Positions 59,121-64,000 of a stretch of DNA of 64,000 bases are shown in pieces; position 1 is the stretch's first letter, and the number at the start of each line of letters is the position of its first letter. The position numbers and the translations under genes were made by a program. Source of the stretch: a virus (taxonomy: Duplodnaviria > Caudoviricetes); the IMG/VR virus record IMGVR_UViG_3300023047_000002; one strand, given 5' to 3'. A model generated the notes under the pieces. The model was not told the origin of the DNA and made no database searches. It saw only the letters and a program-made list of their open reading frames with translations.

Positions 59121-62100
59121 TTACGTTCCTGAACCTGCGTTATCGTCAGGAAGCCTTACACACAAGGCAAAACCGTAAGCCGGAACGGCCATACCAGAAG
59201 AATCCATGCAGTTCATAGTGCGGAATTTCTGACCTGCTTTAAGTTTCTGGTTTTCAAGTGCATAGAAATCACCAGCATTGTCACGGATCTGTGCCATATA
59301 CGCAATAACTTCTGCATTCGAACCGTTACCGGAGAGAATAGGAGTCCCGCCCACGCCATTACTAAACACCGTAGTGAAGTCCATAATTCCAACGTTACCG
59401 CTGAAATTAAGTGCTAACCACACCATGGCACCAACTGGAATCTCGATCCCATCACCTGTCTGTGTACCGATCGTCATCGGGGCATCAGACGGAGCGACTG
59501 TTTTTACTTCAGCTGCATTTGAAGCTAACGTCTTGGCCTGTCCCAATGTGATGAGACATGTATCCTGGTCAGTGACAGTGTCGATGGTGTCTGAACCGGA
59601 CAGGTAGACAACCTCACGGCTTGCGGCTTCACCGAACTTGATGATGTGGGAAATACCGTTTAACGTAAAGACACTTGGATTATTAGAACCTCCAAAATAA
59701 GAAGTTTGGTTTGGTCCCTTGGAAGGATCCGTATAGCACAGGGCAATCTGCTCGTTGCTAACGGACGTTACGTATCCCTTTCCCTCGACAAACGCACGGA
59801 CAGCTTCGGACGTTGGAAGATTGTCACCTGCAGTTGCCTGTGCAGTTCCGGCATTGGAAACTGTGATTGAAGAATCAACAGACTTGTCAGCAGCCGATCC
59901 TAAAGCAAGATCAACCGTCTGGTCTGAACTTGCATTTGCTGTAAATCCGGTGCTTATTGCCGATGTATCTGAAGTGTGCTTTTTAATCTTGAGCTCACCG
60001 TTTCCGATAGAACTAGACGCGGCATAACCCAAACCACTAATGTACGTAGCAACGGCCTTAGATGTAGGAACGGCTGCATCAGATGAAGACGTAAGGGTTG
60101 TTTCAGCATCTTTAGCGGCAGCTGTTCCCATGCCTAATGTAACATCAACGTCAGAACCCGACTGGTTTGCACTGAACGTAAAGTCGGCAGAACCTGAAGC
60201 AGACGCACCTTTATAGATCTTCAAGTTAGCCGTACCGACGGACGAAGACGTAATATAATTCTTCCCACTGACGTAACTCTTAACCGCATCCGATGTAGGA
60301 ACATCGCTTTGCGTGGATCCATCCGTAATGGAAGTGTTGACTGCCTTGAACGCAGCATCACCCAAACCTAAATTAAGCTCATCACCTGACGCCTGATTAA
60401 GTGTGAAACTGAAAGGACTTGACGTATCAGCACTGTTCTTCTTGATCGTGATCGTGCTGTTATTGACCGTAGGAAGCTGTCCTGTGGTTGCATAACCAAG
60501 ACCTGTGACGTAACTCTTGACTGCATCGGACGTAGGAAGGTTATCCGATGACGATGTTCCGATAGAAGAGTCAACGCCTTTCTGTGACGCGCCACCGAGA
60601 TTCAACGCCGTGATTGCATTGCTTATCGCAGTATCGGTCTGTGAAGACGTATAATAATTATTTGGATTGAAGATGTCCGACAAAGGAATTGAAATATCTT
60701 CCTTATCTGCATCTGTATTAAACGAAATGACGAGATTGCTGTTGCTTATCTCGACATTCGACACCATTCCATCCTTGATGAAAGCTGTGGCATCCAAAGA
60801 GAACAAAGCGTTTAAATCGGTGTCAGAGGAAGAATGTTTGAAATAAATCGTCTTGCTTGTCGAATTGTACGATGCATACTTAGGGACATCGTCGTCATCA
60901 GCAAGACCAGAGATGTCGCTTGATGTAATAAATCCAGAATCGTTAGTAAGATCCGATGTGCTATCAGGAACATTCGATGCAAGAGCAAACCCTTGTCCAG
61001 AAATATAAGACTTGACTGCATCTGACGTAGGAAGGTTGCTCGAAGAAGAATCTCCAATGGATGTATCGACTCCCTTTTCTGCGGCTGCTCCTAGACCAAG
61101 ATCAACCGTAGCGTCAGACGCCTGATTCAAAGTGAAAGTTGGAGGATTTATGTGCGAGCTGTTACGTCGGACTGTAACCGTGCTGTCCTTAACAGAAGAA
61201 GCTGTAGCGAAACCCTTACCACTAATGTAGCTCTTGACTGCATCAGACGATGGAACATCACCTTGAGTGGATCCGTCAGTAATAGCGGAATCGACTGATT
61301 TAAACGCAGCCGCACCTAGACCGAGATTAAGTTCAGAATCAGATGACTGATTCAGAGTAAAGCTGAAAGGATTCGACGTGTCAGCACTGTTTTTCTTAAT
61401 AGTGATCTGATTATTGTTTACAGTTGGGATATCGTTTGTGCCTTTGACCGCAAAGTTCTGGCTACTAATATATCCCTTAACTGCATCAGTCGTAGGAAGG
61501 TTACTTGAAGAAGAATCTCCAATGGATGTATCGACTCCTTTGTCAGCGGCATCACCATACCCAAGTACTATTGTCTTATTACTTGACTGATTCGTTGTGA
61601 AGAAATCAAACGCATTTTCATCTCCGCTGTGCTTCTTGAGAGAAATTGTCTTGTCCTGAACATACGCCTTAACTGCATTCGTCGTAGGTAGATTTGAAGA
61701 CTCGGCAACACCGATTGATGAGTCAACTGCTTTTGCTGCGGCAGCACCCAAATTGATGAAGCTGTTTGATGCCTGGTTCACCGTAAATGAACCCATCTCT
61801 GTTCCACCGGTTGCGATGTTGTTTGAAATACTTGCACCTGCATACACGGTCACTGTGCTGTCATTTGCAGCATCAGGAATGCTTGGCTTATTGCTCAAAT
61901 CATTGTAAGAACCAGTCTTTGCAACAGTGGCAAGGATCTCATCAAGAATACCTTGAGTAATATTCCCATCAAAGTCAGCCTTTGCATTCAAGACACCATT
62001 CGTCTCTTCAAAGTCGAACGTTATATGGAGCTTGTCATCAGGGACAAGATTTTCACTTGCGTAAGCACAAGCAAGACATTTGCCTCCGACAATAACTACA

Positions 62101-62381
62101 ACATGATGACCTTGAAAGTTTGTCGGATATTCATCAACTCCCCAGGCGATAACGTGAAGCTCAGAAAGCATCGAATGCTTGGAATTCAACGTTACTACCT
62201 CTTCTGAAGGCATGTGCTGAACATTACTCACATAAGTCAGGTCAGCGAGATTCTCTGGAAGAGTTGCAGTGTAGCGATAGATTTTTACAACGACTGACGA
62301 TTCTTGAAGTTGAAAGGTATGGTTTCTTAGACCTGTATAGATCTCAGAACCTTCCGAGCACAGAACAACACGATCAAACAT
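59121..62381 (-). CDS. Repeat-rich tail fibre
   Basis: 8 [LV]P[TS]xxAV repeats; TVAKTGSYNDLSNKP fibre motif; exact 32-bp DNA repeat at 61042-61073 and 61507-61538. Confidence 0.78.
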   Translation of the reverse strand: MFDRVVLCSEGSEIYTGLRNHTFQLQESSVVVKIYRYTATLPENLADLTYVSNVQHMPSEEVVTLNSKHSMLSELHVIAWGVDEYPTNFQGHHVVVIVGGKCLACAYASENLVPDDKLHITFDFEETNGVLNAKADFDGNITQGILDEILATVAKTGSYNDLSNKPSIPDAANDSTVTVYAGASISNNIATGGTEMGSFTVNQASNSFINLGAAAAKAVDSSIGVAESSNLPTTNAVKAYVQDKTISLKKHSGDENAFDFFTTNQSSNKTIVLGYGDAADKGVDTSIGDSSSSNLPTTDAVKGYISSQNFAVKGTNDIPTVNNNQITIKKNSADTSNPFSFTLNQSSDSELNLGLGAAAFKSVDSAITDGSTQGDVPSSDAVKSYISGKGFATASSVKDSTVTVRRNSSHINPPTFTLNQASDATVDLGLGAAAEKGVDTSIGDSSSSNLPTSDAVKSYISGQGFALASNVPDSTSDLTNDSGFITSSDISGLADDDDVPKYASYNSTSKTIYFKHSSSDTDLNALFSLDATAFIKDGMVSNVEISNSNLVISFNTDADKEDISIPLSDIFNPNNYYTSSQTDTAISNAITALNLGGASQKGVDSSIGTSSSDNLPTSDAVKSYVTGLGYATTGQLPTVNNSTITIKKNSADTSSPFSFTLNQASGDELNLGLGDAAFKAVNTSITDGSTQSDVPTSDAVKSYVSGKNYITSSSVGTANLKIYKGASASGSADFTFSANQSGSDVDVTLGMGTAAAKDAETTLTSSSDAAVPTSKAVATYISGLGYAASSSIGNGELKIKKHTSDTSAISTGFTANASSDQTVDLALGSAADKSVDSSITVSNAGTAQATAGDNLPTSEAVRAFVEGKGYVTSVSNEQIALCYTDPSKGPNQTSYFGGSNNPSVFTLNGISHIIKFGEAASREVVYLSGSDTIDTVTDQDTCLITLGQAKTLASNAAEVKTVAPSDAPMTIGTQTGDGIEIPVGAMVWLALNFSGNVGIMDFTTVFSNGVGGTPILSGNGSNAEVIAYMAQIRDNAGDFYALENQKLKAGQKFRTMNCMDSSGMAVPAYGFALCVRLPDDNAGSGT

Positions 62382-62550
62382 AAGCACACCTCCAAAAGGA
62401 AAGCCGTTATGTCATACATGTGTTTAGTGCTTATACGTCTGAAGACGGCACTATAAATCTCAGAGCGGTGTAACAGTGAGCGAGGTTTGTAATGTCGAGT
62501 TTTACACAGTATAAGTACGAACACCATGCAAACACAACAAAGGGAGAAAA

Positions 62551-62835
62551 TTACAAATATCGTTTCCGCTCCCAAGTGGGGTCTATCATTTCGAGATCCT
62601 CCATACGAGCGGATATTTCATGTATTTCGTCAATGTACTGCTGTAATGCAGCTGAAGCAGCTTCACTCTCACCAGACTCTTCGGCACGGACAAGCTGTCT
62701 CTTTGTTGAAATAGTCTTGTTTATCACAGAATCCAATAAGGATGTCGCAAGTAAAATTTCATGTCCGTGATCAATAAATGTATCCAACAAACCCTCACGT
62801 TTTAAGGATTTTTTAGACTTTCGTTTTTTTAGCAT
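62551..62835 (-). CDS. Small helical protein with basic leader
   Basis: GGAG RBS; MLKKRKSKKSLKREG. Confidence 0.6.
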   Translation of the reverse strand: MLKKRKSKKSLKREGLLDTFIDHGHEILLATSLLDSVINKTISTKRQLVRAEESGESEAASAALQQYIDEIHEISARMEDLEMIDPTWERKRYL

Positions 62836-62857
62836 GAAAACTCTCCATGATACAACA

Positions 62858-63499
62858 TTAGTTACCACGAACGAAAAAAGTTCCACCAGATACAATGTTA
62901 TACAAGTTACACCCGATGAAATTTCCGACCACCGTAAGAAGATAGACAACAAACAATTTGATACTGAACGTCAAACACGCAGAATAGTAAAAAGCATCTG
63001 CAATGCTGTGCCAATATCCGGACAATATAAATAATGGAATGCCGAGAAGCAAAACCATTAAGTTGCCATCATACTTTTGATTATTCTGATAAGAAGTTGT
63101 TCGCAGTGCAAAACGGACAACTGTAGTCATAACAAAGCCACAAAGAACTGAAGCAAGTACGGCACGTGGAACTCCGGATGACAAACGAGAAGACACAATC
63201 TTCTCAGCAGCCGTTGATACCTCTGGAAAGCAAAAATGAACACAAACCGCAAGAATGAACGCACCAACAATATTGCCTAACAGAACAACACAAAGTCTCT
63301 TAAGGTCATCAATAGTAGAACAGAACCCTGACTTTCCTGTGTACAACGGAACCCCGTACAGAACAACAGACAACAACCCAAACGAAAACAAGAATGCTCC
63401 GAGAACACCGCCAACCCTCAAATTGACAATACACCCAAGCGATATGAACAATCCTGCTAACACAGACTTACGAAACAAAGTAAAGATCGAATCAGTCAT
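62858..63499 (-). CDS. Formate/nitrite transporter (FNT, FocA/NirC family)
   Basis: LAGLFISLG, LYTG, GNIVG, FILSGYWHSIAD and GNFIG; about six hydrophobic segments. Confidence 0.85.
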   Translation of the reverse strand: MTDSIFTLFRKSVLAGLFISLGCIVNLRVGGVLGAFLFSFGLLSVVLYGVPLYTGKSGFCSTIDDLKRLCVVLLGNIVGAFILAVCVHFCFPEVSTAAEKIVSSRLSSGVPRAVLASVLCGFVMTTVVRFALRTTSYQNNQKYDGNLMVLLLGIPLFILSGYWHSIADAFYYSACLTFSIKLFVVYLLTVVGNFIGCNLYNIVSGGTFFVRGN

Positions 63500-63800
63500 G
63501 AAATACCCTCTTTGTCTGTCGGCATACACCATAAGGAACGAAACAGATTGACATACCCTTGTCAGAAGCACAAGAAATCTCAGTACAGACAAACGAACCA
63601 TCATCAACAACACCATACTCTGACGAAATCTGAATATGGTAAATCTTCATCATGTCTGCTGTGTTAAAAAACGACAACGTAAGTGCATTTAACTCAAACA
63701 CACAGAAGATTTTCTTAGAGCCATCCGTAAAATGAAACACTTCGAGACGACTGCAACTGTCGGAAAGAAACTCAAAACTCTCAATAATAATCTTAAGCAT
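63492..63800 (-). CDS. Hypothetical protein
   Basis: Overlap-coupled between neighbouring ORFs. Confidence 0.45.
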   Translation of the reverse strand: MLKIIIESFEFLSDSCSRLEVFHFTDGSKKIFCVFELNALTLSFFNTADMMKIYHIQISSEYGVVDDGSFVCTEISCASDKGMSICFVPYGVCRQTKRVFHD

Positions 63801-63981
63801 TACAAATTCTCTTGGCTGAACGAGGTATCTTGTTACGACGTGAATTTACCGCCTTCTTGTTCGACACACACTTCCGAAACTCTTCGTAGGTGTCGATATC
63901 AAGGCCGAAAGTTTTAAACAAAGTGTCGTACTGCACATACTTGTGAAGTGCCCATTCACTGACATTCTTCAAAGTTTCCAT
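63793..63981 (-). CDS. Small hypothetical protein
   Basis: 62-aa ORF coupled to the next gene. Confidence 0.45.
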   Translation of the reverse strand: METLKNVSEWALHKYVQYDTLFKTFGLDIDTYEEFRKCVSNKKAVNSRRNKIPRSAKRICNA

Positions 63982-64000
63982 ATCATGGAAAACGTACCAA

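Noticed and set aside
52594-62381. Diversity-generating retroelement or invertible tail-fibre shufflon
   Set aside because: No reverse transcriptase, recombinase, adenine-specific TR/VR pair or inverted crossover sites seen; the repeats are in-frame protein repeats.
1-64000. Stop-codon reassignment, as in some large gut phages
   Set aside because: Long intact ORFs cover the window under the standard code, and TAA, TAG and TGA all end plausible genes.

Overview
A 64-kb segment of a large T4-like (myovirus or jumbo-type) tailed phage genome. It uses the standard genetic code, is mostly minus-strand and has Shine-Dalgarno-type RBSs. It holds a head module (gp23-like major capsid protein, gp21-like prohead protease apparently fused to a scaffold, gp13-like neck protein) and two blocks of paralogous tail-fibre/baseplate genes (25.3-36.9 kb and 49.2-62.4 kb). 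Accessory islands encode a Type IIG-like restriction-modification fusion, a DPPY adenine MTase, a circularly permuted intein-containing C5-MTase, ArdA, a Phd/Doc-like pair, SprT/zincin proteases, a PRTase, a metallophosphoesterase and a formate/nitrite transporter. Five patterns stand out. (1) About a dozen unrelated proteins carry Arg/Lys-rich leaders or linkers ending mostly in E-(S/A/G), resembling prohead-protease sites. This suggests a modular capsid-loading and cleavage system whose cargo includes a His-mutated Doc, its antitoxin and SprT. (2) One such gene is split by a 1-nt frameshift exactly in the linker. (3) Several protein-less IS200/IS605 (TnpB omegaRNA-like) mini-elements lie in intergenic gaps. 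(4) A promoter-like motif TGGTGCTG-N22-24-TGnTA occurs six times ahead of accessory genes. (5) A 78-bp dispersed element shows compensatory stem changes. All calls come from reading motifs by eye; no database searches were run.
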